Assembly: GCA_046563655.1 (NCBI GenBank)
Contig: CM102288.1
Location: 1,178,001-1,242,000, forward strand
Direction of reading: 5' to 3'
Length of the DNA: 64,000 bases
Source of the DNA: Yuukianura sp. NJ FZ-2021
Taxonomy: Eukaryota
Position numbers and translations under genes: made by a program. The notes beneath the pieces are model-generated. The model made no database searches. It saw nothing but the letters and a program-made list of their open reading frames with translations, and was not told the DNA's origin. This document shows positions 12,611-26,198 of this stretch, in pieces (positions within the stretch are counted from its first letter, which is position 1; each line of letters starts with the position of its first letter).

Positions 12611-13308
12611 TCTTTCACGTTGAAGGATCTTCATAAGGTTAGCCAAGTGTGCAACAAAGTTTCATAAATATCAGATCTACTAATGCATCTCAATCACATT
12701 TCCTCTAAGTCTTTGAATTTCAAAAGAAATCTAAGATGCCCGTTTTTTCTTTGAATTGTATTTTTTCCTTTAAAGTTTTTGTGAAATTTTTCTTCTTTCG
12801 GTCGTTTTCTTTTAGAAAATTCTGAAAACGAATTATAAATCAAGTTCGGTCGAATTTGCAGAAATTTGTTCAGAATTCTGTATGATTTCTATTATTAAAA
12901 AGTTACAACTATTGCCAAAACTTTTTATAGAAACTACAATTAAAGTGAAAGTAAAGAAACAATTAAGATTGAAGTTGGTTTAGAACCGTTTTGTTAGAAA
13001 AGTGTTGTAGTTTTTCATTGTGATTGAATATTTGGGTCGAAAGATGAAGAAGTCAAATGTAATAAACAGTTACTTCGTGCAATCAAAGATCAGAGGCTGA
13101 GGTAAGGTCAACGTCAGAGATCAACACTTCATTGTTGAAAAGATGATGATGATCTTCATTCTTTGTGCCAAAAAGTTACAGAGGTTGCAAAAACAAATCC
13201 AAAAAACCAGTTTCCCCAGGCTATTGAACCGGGAAATTTTTTTTCCAAGCCCAAATCCCTTGATGTTCCGATTCAAACCAGTCACAGTAAAGATTCGTGT
13301 TCGTGAAG

Positions 13309-15595
13309 ATGAGGTCAGTTCATTTAATTTTGGTCCTCCTTCCTACGCTCGCATTTGCCCAATTCCCAGGGGTCAACGGTAAATTTTCCAAATTTCGATT
13401 TTTTTTTCAAAATTTTGATTTTGTTTCCATTTTATAAAGGTCCTTGGGGTCAAGGCGTTCCACCACGCCCACAAGCAGGCAAACCACCGAATAGACCTTC
13501 CCCCTTTAGTCGCCCAGTTCCGAATTATGGAAAACCGGGTATTCCGCCAGGTCAACAAATTGTCTCGGATGATCCAATTCCACCGAATCCCGCCTTGGAT
13601 ACTTCTTATGAACAGCAACAACTTCCTTCAAAACTTCCACTTCAAGCGCCCAACGGAGTCGTAGAAATTTACAACCGAGTTGTGGATGACCTCATCAAAA
13701 AATTGGAAATCAGTTTCAAAAAACGAGAAATCGATCCAATGAATGTCATCATCCGACCAACGCCGGCGTCTCCCGTACGTGTTCCTGGCCATCTTCAGAA
13801 GAGACCATTCAGACGCCCAGGAGCTCCTTTGTACAGGTCAAATCTGCCGTTTACCCCCGTTCGCATGAAAAATGCAAGGTCAAATCCACTTCCGGATGAG
13901 GGGACCCCGCTACGCTCGTCTTCTGATCAAGTCGAAGTAGAAAAACCATCGTTTCGCGGTGTTGGAAAAATCAGTAAAGGGCCCTTGGAAGACAAAGCTG
14001 ACGGATCTGTAAGCATCAAATTTCAAAATTTTGACTTTCACAAAAATTCAAAATTCAAATTTTTCCAAATTTTGACTTTTTAAACCAAAGGTGGACACAA
14101 CAACACCAGTAATGGTAGATGTCACTCCAGCGTCAGTGTCGGATGTCACTGTAGCATCGACTGCCAAAGCTCCAGTGTCGGTTGTAGTGACGCATGGCGA
14201 CAAATCACTCGAATCTTCTGAGGAACAACATCTTTTTAGAGCGCGAAGCGAAGAATATTTTCCTGAAGATGAAGAAGAAGAAGAGGAGGAAGTTGAACCG
14301 AAAGAATCCAAGTCAAGATCCAGCATTTCAGAAAAGAAGGTATGAATTTGTTTTCAAAAATATGAATTTATTTATAATAATATATTCAAAATAGACTAAG
14401 AAAGAGCAGAAAAAGGAGGAATCTGATGAAGATGAAGATGAGGCTAAGGCAATTGCAGAAGGCAAGAAAGACGTGGACACTTTGATGCAGAGGTATCAAA
14501 ATAAAAACGTGAATGAAGTAAAAGAGAAAGGGAAAACGAAGTACTCTGCTGCTGGAGCCAAGAAGAAAGAAGATTCAAGCAGCAAGAAGAAACCGGAAGT
14601 GTCCAAAAACAAGGCAGAAGAAGATGAGTTGCAGGAAGATGATGATGATGACGAAGAAATCCAAGATGATCTGGATGATATGGGACCACAAGGAGGAAAC
14701 AATTTTTACCAAGGCGGTGGTCCATTGTAAGCCACTTAAAAAATTATTACCTAAAAATGTGGCTAAGAAATCGTAATCAGTTATGAAATTTCCATTAAGT
14801 ACCTTTGTTGGATTTCTAAAATTTTCAAATTTTTTTAAATTTTAGACCACAAAAACCAAACGCACAGTTGACAGGGCTGAGCAAAATTAAGAGAGCGAGT
14901 GACGTCACGGTCAACGTCGACGCAAGAAGTGCAATTATCACGGCGAGGTTAACATTTCCAAACATTTTTAAAAATTTCAAAAAATTCAATTTTCATTTTT
15001 GAAAAATCGTGTTTTTGTTAAAAATTTATGAAATGATATGTTTGTAGACTTTTAGTTGGTCCGCTCAACGTAAATATCAACGACTCCGTTGAACCAATGG
15101 AAAAACATGTTCGAGCGACTGTACCTGAACTGGAGGCAGAGTTGATTTTGATGGTAATCAAAATTTTGGTGAATTTTTTTTGTTTTAACTTACTTTTTTT
15201 TGAAAATTGTTCAAAAATTTTAGGAGCGTCATGGTGTCGTGTTCCTTCAACGTTTCACGTTGGACCGAGCCTATGGCCAAGACGTAGAGATTTCCATGCC
15301 GAAATCCAAAGTGGATGCAAAGAAGAAGAAGACGCCAGTGCAGGGACTGCATGGAGGTCAAGGGCCCATGGGGGGCCCTCAAGGCATGGATCCAAACCAG
15401 GCTCAGCAGCGATTCCAAACCAAGATGGCTGCTCACATCTCCATGGAAGTTGTGAAGCTCCTGCGCAGTGGAAATCTTCGTGTCAATATGATGCGTACAG
15501 CGCAGTCGTCTATGAGCAAACTCAAACTTCCAATCAAACCAAACAAAAATGCAAAGAAAAAGAGCAGCAACAAGGCTGAGGGAAAGAAAAACTAA
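13309..15595 (+). CDS. Secreted Pro-rich/acidic protein with split group-7-allergen-like (TULIP-type) lipid-binding domain (7 exons)
   Basis: Exons 13309-13378, 13440-14008, 14091-14339, 14395-14726, 14846-14947, 15048-15153 and 15224-15595 join in frame. Signal peptide MRSVHLILVLLPTLAFAQ. Motifs YNRVVDDLIKKL...IDPM and LTGLSKIKRASDVTV...LVGPL resemble arthropod group-7 allergen domains. The gene structure is solid; the family call is tentative. Confidence 0.65.
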
Positions 15596-17195
15596 AAAAT
15601 AACTTGAAAAACTAGTTTAAAAAAAAGTTTGTATTAAATTTTGGGAAACTTGTTAGCTCATAGGAATTTAAACTTACTTTTCTTAAAAAAATAAAACTAG
15701 ATGTTCTTCTTGGTGATGTCATCGGTGTATTTAAAACGAAACAAAAAAATACGTTGATTCTGCATCAGTTTCAGTTTAGTGTTAGTCCGGCTAATTTTTC
15801 TTTTTGAAACTCGAGTTTACCGCAATTCGAATGCAAAAAAACAACAACAAAAACTGCAATTAAATTTGTTGTATCATACTTATAACTCAAGTTTTGTCAT
15901 CATCTCCATTACAATGCTATGACCATGCTAAGTGTATGTTCGTTTGCGGTTTTAATTAACTTTTCATTAAGTCCGTCTTAACATAAAAGAGACACCAGTA
16001 GAACTTCAAGTGCGGCGCATTTCACTCATTTAGAACTCGCTCTGTATTAATTAACTAGCTTCAGAATTTGCTGAAGTTCAAACTTTGAGCAAAAGCAAAG
16101 TAAAAGCCTCAACGACTCTGCATTTTCAGTTTGATTTGATTATTTCACAACTTTATGAAACTTTAACAGCAAAAGTTTAAAACTTTAGAGAAAAAAATGT
16201 CATTTTAAGGGCCCATACACTGGACGCTAGAAGTTTCACAAATGAATGAGGTAAAAGCAAAATTTTCAAACTTTCAAAACAACAATAGTTTGTGTCTGTT
16301 TTTTTAGTAACTTTGAAATTGATAGCTTTGAAACAAAAACTCTGTTTACGACTCTGTGTGGATTGCGTATGAACATAAAGCATAATAATCCATATCCATA
16401 GCTTAAAATGGAAGTAACCTTGTCCCTATTTTAAACGAAAGACTAGAGTTGCGCCTTTGGTGCTGGAAAGAGCCTTGCTAAATCAATAGTGAGACTTGCG
16501 CTGAATCCCCAGTTGAAGCTTATAGTTTGTAAGGAAAAGAAAGAGAAAGCGGTGTCGTAAGATCCTAAGGGAGGGAACCAAGGATCGATGGAGAAGAGCA
16601 ACTGGTTGTCATCCTGCTCAAAGGCTCTCCGACGTTCAACTGTCTTAAGGAACCAACAGTTCACCTTCTTCTTTTCAAAATACTTAGAGCTTTTGTAACT
16701 GCATGATGTCAATTTTCATAATTTAAAGTTACTTTAAACATGTCGCCATGAGCAGTTCAGTTGCTTCAGAATGGATCTCGGAGAGCTAGAAGTTTAGTAG
16801 GTCCGTAGTTTACTAAAGTACTTGTGGAGTGAAAGTTACTTGTAGAGAAAGATCAATGCAAAAAACTTTCACTTTTGAAAAAACTCAATAACTCTCTTCA
16901 ACTTCAGAAGTTGCTCAACCGTGAGGTACGAATTCAAATTCTGGTTTTTAAATTCTAAAATTAATATTAAACTTTCTAAATTCTCTGGTTCAAAATATTT
17001 TCTACTTTCTCCACTTTTACTCATTTCAAAAGTTGAATTGAAAAGTTCGGCGACATTGAAACTTGTTTTGACTGTTGACTAGTTCATATTTTGTTTACTC
17101 CAGTTACGGACTGCCCGTTTTCGAATAAGAAAGTATTAACCAGGGTCAAAGGTCAATCGAAGTAATTGTTGTATTGTAAGGTCATTACCGCCACG

Positions 17196-20100
17196 ATGCT
17201 GTCTCCAAAGATGCAGCGAGCAATACGTGTAAACGAGTCTCAATTACTAATGCTCTCAGAGAAAGCAAGATTTGACAATTCTATGACAGGGTATTTGTAC
17301 AAGAAGTCTCATGGAGCATCAAAATGGACTCGCAGATATTTCATTCTATTCCAAGTAAGCAACATTTTGAAAACAAAAAGAACAGATTTTGTTTAGATTT
17401 TGAAAATTTTGTGGACGAATTTTCCTGATTTACTAATTTTTTCTACTTTTTGAATACACAGAATCTTTTGTTCTATTTTGAAACGGAGGGAGGTGTGAGG
17501 CCTTCAGGAGTCATATTTCTTGAAGGTAAAGATTTCTTTGATTTCACTAATATTTTAATTACATTTAATTATAATTATTTTACATTCATAAATGTTATTT
17601 TACTGTAGGTTGTTACTGTGAAAGGTTAATTCTAAAGGAAAAGCACGTAAGTTCAAAACTTGTAGCCCAATTAAAAAGTACTTTACGTTTACGTGACTGT
17701 TTGAGTAATAGATGAATGTAGTAATTCTAAACTTATTACCATACGCAACATAATTTATTGAAATATAAAAAATAATAATTAAAATGTAATAATTAACACT
17801 TTTTTCAGTATTACTTTGGGATCACATATCGACGAGAGAACCTTCGACATTACGAACTTCGTGCAGAGTCTGAATCCGAATGCAAAGCTTGGATTGATGC
17901 TATCAGAGTAGCAAGGTAACAGAACATAGTTAGCCAAAGTCTTTGAATAAGGAATTTAGGAATTCAAAATTTTGATTTTTGAATACAAAATTATTTTATT
18001 GTTTTGAATTTTGATTTTTGGATTTTTTGCGATTCAGTTTTAATAAGCTTCTACTTCAAAAAGAGGAGCTGGAACAGAAGTACATACACTTGTTGCAGGT
18101 ACGTAGAATTTGTCTTTCTTGTAAAATTGGAAAAAATTACTGCTGCAAAAATCTATGTGAATTTCAGATAGTAGAGTCTGAGAAAACTGCAAAGTGGCAG
18201 TACACTGTTCAATGTGAGCAATTGGCTTCGGAAATTAAGAAGTTACGATCTGAGGTAACTGGAATACTTTAGTTTGATTAGCTAAGCTAAACTTTAACTT
18301 TTGATTTTTTGAAAAGCTTTGTGCACTGAAGAAAGAATGGCGGCTTGGTGGCGGATCCAATTCTGGACATTCACTGGAGTCTGAAGATTTGAAAAAAATT
18401 AAAAAAGTTCAAAGCTTTTTTCGTGGTTGGTTGTGTCGGAGAAGATGGAAACAAATTGTGGACGAGTACATCAAGTCCCCTCATGCAGAAGCCATGAGAA
18501 AACGAAACAGGTAACTTTTTAAAAATTTTGAAATTTTGAAATTTGTTTGTCAAAATTTTAAAACGTATGTTTCAGTTTGGTCTTCCGAATGGTGGAAGCA
18601 GAGGAGGAGTACGTGGAACAGCTAGAAGTTGTAGTTTCAGGGTTTCTGCGACCCATGCGCATGGCTGCCAGTTCCAAAACGTAAAACCAAAAACTTGACT
18701 AAAATTCAAAATTCTTACAGAACTTATAGTTCATCTTAAGTCAACCGGGGTAAAAGTAAACAAAAATAAAACTTTTGTGCGAATTTCAAACCCGCCTTCT
18801 TAAAATAGATGAACTATAATGCACTTTTTTTTTGAAATTGTGTCTAATCTGTTAAATTTTGAATCAACGTTTGCCTTAGTCCTCCAGTGACGCATGAGGA
18901 CGTGTCTTCGATCTTCCTGAACGTGGAGACTGTGTTATTTCTGCACCAGATCTTCCTCAAAGGACTCACTGCCAGAATAGAGAGCTGGCCCTCCCTGGTT
19001 CTAGGTATAGGTACAGTACACTTATGGGGGGCTTGATGAAGGAATAATCACAACCTACCCTATTTTTCACTTTTCAAGTGTCGTAAGTTTGCGCATGCAC
19101 TCAACTTTCTCTTCTAAAAACTATTCAAACGATAGTCAACTAACTGTTCGCTTAACAGTTCGCAGTGTTTTACAACAAGTTTGTCCAGCCAACAAGACTT
19201 TTAGCAGCACAAATCAAAAAATTCCATGTAGGGAAAGTTACTTTCCAAAAAATGTTCTCACAAAATTGAAAAAAAATTCAAATTTTGAATTTTGAGATAA
19301 AAATTCTAAATATAAATTTTCTCATCTTAGCAACACAAGTCTTGTTAACTGGCCAAATGCTTTTAGAGTGCTCAAAAAACTGCCGACTTTCTACTTGCTT
19401 CCTTGGCAGTTTTACTTCTTTTGCTAAGCACTGTGATGTGTATCGTTGAAATGTCAAATTTACTCACTCTAAGACAAAATGTTCAACACGTTTTTACTCA
19501 AAATGAAACTCCTCAACAATACCCTTGAACACCAACCTAACAAAACATCTTCCTAAACGACAAAGACAAAACAACAAACTCAATAAGCAAAAATCCAGTT
19601 TCTACATAACTTTCCCAAAAATTAACAAAAACCTTATAACCTTGAAATTTGTAAAACTCAAAATTTGAAAATTTGTTCCCTGTTCTTCCTTCTGTTGAAC
19701 TTTGACTTTTGACCTTCTTTTTTCTTCTGGCTTTGGTTGTTGTGTCAGACGCCTGAAGTGATTCACACCATTTCTGTGAAAAAACAATGGAAATTAAGAA
19801 CGTCTTGCACGATGTTTGATTGTTCAAATTTATTAATCATTGTTCTCATTTTGGCCGTCGACCTTGACACGGACAAACGGATATGGGGCGGTAAAACTTA
19901 AAATTACGAAAAATTCACAACCAAAAGAAAAGCTCAAGACAAGAGCTTATGCAGCCTCTTGTAACCTTTTTTCATGTTTTATTCGAAATTTTGAAAAAAG
20001 AAAGTTGAATTGATTGGAACGATGCAAATGATCGTGTTTTTCGTGAACTATTTTCCGGAAATGAGGAATGTTTTTTTTCTCTGTTTTTTAAAAAATCATT

Positions 20101-23100
20101 TTGGGCTCTCAACTCCTTCTCATTTGAAAGAGTTCGGATTACTTTTGAGTTTTCTCTTCCTTTTGATCTGTACCAGAGGGTGGGAATCAACAAAAATTTA
20201 AACAAACAACAGTTGTTAAAAATGTAACAAACAAACAAGGCAAGATTTGTTCAAAACGTGTAGAGTAGGCTGAGTAGGATTTTTCATGAGGAATTTGAAC
20301 AAACTTCTAATTCAAATTGTTTGTTTTAATTTTTCTGAAAAAATATCAGGAGATCTCTTTGATATGCTTCTGCCCATGCTCTCAATTTATCAAGAGTACG
20401 TCCGGAATCATCACTACTCCCTGCAGGTAAGAAAACTTCAAATTCATTTTTCAAAATTAAAAAAAAAGTTTCAAAATCAATTTAGCATTCATTTCATTTT
20501 TGTTTTGGTTGGTGATGCAAAATTTTAAAACATTTTTGACAAAAAGAAATGCCAATTGTCTTTTTTCTTCAAATTTTAAAAAAAAAGTGAAAGTTTTTGG
20601 TGAAAGTTTTGAATTGTTGTAATTTACGCTAACGGTTGCGAAGATAGACAAGCGAAGATAAATTTTTTCCAATTTTTTTTGTAAATTAATTGCATTAAAT
20701 ATGTATTACACTATGTAGTTCGTGTTTTATTTGCACCAATTACATGTTTCCTTACATGCTTTTAGTTGATTGATTTACTTTCTCCAGAGCCATTGATTGG
20801 ACTCGAGAGAGGAGAAAGTAGAAAATCATTAGTCTTCTCTATCCCTCTCTTTTAGCATCAGCAGAGCATTCTAGAAGTAAAAGCACTTTAGACTTACCTC
20901 CTCACGTTTACTCATTTCAGCATCAACGTCTATAGATTTTTGCATAGACGTTCCAGAATTTTTTGTCATAAAGTTTCCGGAGAGCGCTGTTCTGCTCTTC
21001 CATCACAAATTGATTTTTCGTGACATCCAAAACCTGCCTTCTGTTCCTAAATTCACGCCTTGAAAATTCTACAACGAAGAATTACCAATTTTAAGTTTTC
21101 GTAGTTTTCAAAATTTCCAAAAGTTGAAACAAAAATTTCAGGTTTTGACTGAATGCAAGCAACATGCTCAATTTGCTTCAATACTTACACGGCTGGAGAA
21201 CAAATGCGTGTGTCAAGGACGGTCACTCGAAACTTTCCTTACGTACCCCATGCATCAGGTACTACTTTCAAATTATCATAGTATTTTCAAAAATAAAATA
21301 AAATTTTCAAAAAAAATTTTGAACTTTTTTTTTTATTCCTTGCAGATTCCACGCTATATAATCACACTTCATGAGCTTTTGGCCCACACTCCATACGTAA
21401 GTATCATAAATACAAGATCAAAAGAAAACTATGAGAATTTACTCAAAATTTTGCAATCAATTCTACAAATTTTTTGGTTTGACTTTGAAATCTTTCAGGA
21501 TCACGTTGAACGGCGCAGTTTGGAAACCGCTAGAACTCAGCTAGAAGAACTTTCTAGACAGATGCACGATGAAGTCAGCGAAACAGAAAATTTGCGAAAA
21601 AATTTAGCAATTGAGCGCATGATCGTAGAAGGTTGCGACATTCTACTCGACGTCAATCAAGTTTTTGTTCGTCAAGGTTCACTTATTCACCTCGTCGACT
21701 CCGGCAAGAAAACGAGACCCCGAATTCTAAAGTTAGAAAAAGAAGCTGTTCGTCAAGCCTTTCTGTTCACGAATCACTTAATTCTGACCACTCGAGCAGC
21801 CAATGGGCGACTTCATCTAGTCCCTGCAGTTGGACGCATTACGCTTGCAGATTCTACGCTTATTGAAGATCCGTCGGAAGGAATTGAGGTAGAGGCGGGA
21901 GACACGTTGTCAATATCCTCACAGTCCAGTTACTCCGACTCTAGCAATTCACAACTAATCAAGAAATCCATTGAGCTGGCTCATGGTGGACTCGATTTCA
22001 AAATTATTCTGGACACTAAAAATGGTCCAGTGAATATCCATTTGTTGGCGCCCTCTTCACAGGAAAAACAGGCTTGGATTTCAGACATTTCACAGTGCAT
22101 GGATAACGTACATTTTAACGACCTTTTGCATGGATCCGACTCGGCTTCGGTTGCCGTTCCACATTCGGTACGAACCGATCCGAAACTTTTTAAAGATGAT
22201 GTCGACATCCGGTTTTCCAGAACACTCAACTCTTGCAAAGTTCCGCAAAGTGAGAATTTTTGGAAAAAAAAATGCCAAAATTTTTAAAAGTAAAAATTGA
22301 TTGTAAGTGATTCATGTCAACTTTTTTATGTTTAGTTCGATACGCGACGCCAAAAAGACTTTTGGAACGATTGACAGATTTGAGATTCTTGTCGATTGAT
22401 TTTCTAAATACGTTTCTGTTGACGTATCGCGTTTTTACGGACTCTATAACAGTTCTGGAAGCACTTAAAAAAGTGTACTACTGCGCAGAACCTTTGGACT
22501 CTACTGGAGAAGTGTAAGTTCATAAGCAAGTTTCCTGGTTTTTTGTGTAGCTTTTCAATGTGTACATAACTGTTGTTTATGTATTTAGTTTGGATGGAAT
22601 TGTAAAAGAAGATGACATACGTTTGGAAGGATATCGACGCATCTCCACTGCGTCAACAGTTTCTGGCTATGGAACGGAGAGTGAGCGTGATCCGGCTATG
22701 ATGTTTGAAGCTCGCGGCCCTCATTGGCGATGGAGTTTCAGAAAAAGTTAGTTTAATTTTAAAAAGTCAAAAAAAGAAGAAAAATTTTCAAAAAACTAAT
22801 GAAATTGTTAATTTTTTGTGCTTCTTCTAGTGGAAGAGGAAACGAAATGTCTTCATCTTCTTCCAAATCCAGCGAGTCCTCCAGCTCGGAAGAAGTCGGT
22901 AACGCTACGAGTGGAAGACATCGGAGGTCATTTGCTTGTGCCCCCGGGGGGAGGTGTGTCATCCAGTAGTGAAACACTTACAGATCAGGTTAGGTAGCAG
23001 ACCTAATGATTTTTCAGAAATTTACCTGGACTAGCGATTAGCGAAACAAAATAATCTAAGAAAAATAATTGAAAAAATCGTGTGCTAATTTTTCCTAATT

Positions 23101-25180
23101 TTGAAAATGGCAGCGAATCAACAAAAAAAGACATTCGAGCGTGACTTCTTTAACTTCAGAAGATTCTGATCAGGAAGATGAAGTACCAGCGCCTGTAACC
23201 AGCACAAGTGCGGCCAATTGTAAGTTAATACCACGAATAACTTAAACCTAACAAAAGCTAAGTTTTTCATTAAAGTTAGTTTTTTTTTTTCAAAAGCTCC
23301 CTCACAAATCCGAAAAGCGTCTTCTACTTCCATTTACGCCTCAATTTTGCAACGTCGCGCCTCAAAACAGCGACCGTCATGTGTAGAGTCAGAAGGCGGC
23401 GGATCCAGCAGCACTCCACGCTCATCTTTTCAAACGCACGGATCAGAGTCACCGCAAATGAGCAGTAAAGCTGGAGTTGTCGTCACGAGTTCACGCCAAT
23501 CACAACGACGTTCTTCATCTGCTTCAGCAGCCGCAGCATTTGCTATTGCCACTGCAGGGTCACAGAATTCCAGACATCCTGGACAAACCGAAATCGTTTT
23601 ACCGGAAAACGAAGAACTCAAATTTGTTAGACCCAGAAAAGAAAGCGTTTTGTCGAGTGCTGCAACGATGCGGGTTTTGTCAGTTTTGCGTCATTGGGTA
23701 GCTAAACATTCCCAGGATTTCCAGGATGATGAAACAGTTGACAGCAATTGTAAGTCAAAATTAAAAATTATGGGGGGAAAGTTGTGAAATTTCGATTTTT
23801 TTTTCTTTTTGTTTTTAGCAAAACCGGTCCAACAACAGCAACAACCAGATGCTCCGAAACTACGAGATTTGACAGTGTCTTTCTTGGAAGATATTTTGTG
23901 CTCTCCAGCACTCCTGCCGGCTGAAAACAAAGCAGCATCCCAATTGTTACGCTTACTTACAAGAGACCAACCTGAAAAAACTGATTTGAAGGCACTGTTT
24001 ATGCCAACACAGAGCAAGGAAAACATTGAGACACTTTCTGCACTGGAAATTGCAGAACAAATGACATATCTCGACCATCAAATATTTGTGTCAATTCGTT
24101 CAGAGTAAGATTATTCATTTAAAAAATGAATTAAAATAATATAATAATATTTTAATCGACATTTTTTTTATATAGAGAATTCTTGGGCCAAAATTGGACT
24201 AAAGAGAATAAGGACGTGAAGGCCCCCCATATTACTCTGATGACTCGCAGGTTTAACGAGGTGAGTCGGCTTGTAGTGTCAGAGATCATGCGCAGACCGA
24301 CGCAGCAGGCTCGACTTCAGGCCATGGAGAAATGGGCGGCCGTCGGTGATATTTGCAGGGTTCTACACAACTTCAATGGAGTGCTACAGGTTAATTTTTT
24401 GTAACTTTAAAATAACATATTTGATGATTAACTTTTACTTTTATGTAAAATTTCCTAGATATGTGCTGCTTTTACAAACTCCGCAGTTTTTCGTCTCAAG
24501 AAAACGCATGACAAACTCACCAAAACGGTAATAGTACACAACCTGCGAAATCACAAACTGATTATCGCCTTGATTAACTTTAGCTACAAGCTATTTTAAA
24601 ATTTAGCAATTAAATTTATTATAATATTTATAAGATAATAAGTTATTATTAAAAATTGTTTTATTAGACTCGTGGAACTCTGGACCGGCTCCACAGTTTG
24701 GTTGGAGGTGACGGACGATTTCGTGGACTGCGTGAGGCGCTGCATCGCGTCGATCCGCCTGGAATTCCTTACCTAGGTGAATCTGCAACTATATTTTATA
24801 TATTGTATAATAATAATAATATAATGTAATACAATAATATAACATTAAATTGAGATATTAATTTTATTTTGTTCCTCACGACCTTGATGTTTTTAGGAAT
24901 GTACTTGAGTGATCTCACGTTCATAGAAGAAGGAACGCCAAACTTTACGCAAGACGGTTTGCTAAATTTTGCCAAAATGAGAATGATTGCCCACGTGATT
25001 CGAGAAATTCGTCACTTCCAGCAAACGCCGTACAAAATCGAAATAGCTCCGAAAGCAAGCAACTACCTTCGTGACCCCTCACTTCTTCTGGACGATGACC
25101 AACTGTACAAACTGAGTTTACTCATAGAGCCAAAGCAGGGAAGACTCACTTCACAGTCATCAACTGACAGGAAAATATAA
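17196..25180 (+). CDS. RasGRF: Ras-specific guanine nucleotide-releasing factor (PH-coiled coil-IQ-DH-PH-REM-CDC25), >20 exons
   Basis: N-terminal PH domain ([18 protein letters not shown]), IQ motif ([14 protein letters not shown]), DH domain ([37 protein letters not shown]), second PH domain, REM ([26 protein letters not shown]) and CDC25 domain ([36 protein letters not shown]). Confidence 0.95.
18724..18819. mobile_element. Small MITE-like element in RasGRF intron
   Basis: 13-bp inverted repeats TTATAGTTCATCT (18724-18736) and AGATGAACTATAA (18807-18819); compatible with a TA target duplication. Confidence 0.5.
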
Positions 25181-26198
25181 TTTAACTAATGTAGTTAACT
25201 TAACTAAAGTTTGTAGAGTCACAAACCAAACTTCGTCAAACTCATCTTGAACCTTTGCCCTTTCAGACCATGCTCTTCAACTCGATACGTATCAAAAACC
25301 TCTTATTACATAAAATTTAAAAACTTAGTTTAGAAAAAATTAAAAGTGAAGACAAATTTTGTCCAAAATCTCAAGTTATTTAGAAAAATCGTTTTGCCCA
25401 AAAAATCTCTCGTCATTTGTATTATAATGTACATAACGTATCATCGTTCTTCAATATCACCTTTCTTCCTTCAATACTCTTATCCAGGAGATTGTTAAAT
25501 TTAGAAAAAAAACTTCACTTTTTAAACAAAAATGAAAACTAAACTTTAAAAATTAAAATCTAAAAGTTAAGATGGGTCGTACCAAATTTTAAAATGGAAA
25601 AACTTTTCACCTGTTGTGAAATTTTACCTGAAACTGAAGAAAAAGTGGATTGTTAAATATTCAGTATTTCAATTGTACATAAAAATAATGTTGACTTACA
25701 TTATTAGTTAAATTCTAATTGTCAATTATTTATTTAATGTTAAAGTTAATTTACGTCTTTGTCGTCTTTCCTTCTCCTTGTCTAAATATGAATAATTCGG
25801 AATTTTAATTGTAGTTAAGGAATTGTAGACAAGAAAATGAAACAAATGTGTAACTTGCAATATGACCTTTGATATTTTGGTTTTCATGGATCTCAAATTA
25901 AATTAGTCAGTTTGAACCTCAAAATTTCGAAAAAGAAACTTCTAATTTTTGGTGAAATTCTCAGAATCCAATCAAAATTTCTGCAAACTTTTATTTTTTG
26001 CCTGAATCGGATCTGGTAGGTATAGAACAATTTATAACCTTCTTTTCGGCCAACGAATTTTGGAAATTTATCAAAAAACGAATTCTAATTCAATGGATTC
26101 TTTATTTTTTTGTTCAAATAAAATTTCTGAAATATTAATTCACTAGAAACAAAACAAATTCTCAATTCTCCCAAAAAAATAAGTTTGAAATTGTTAAT

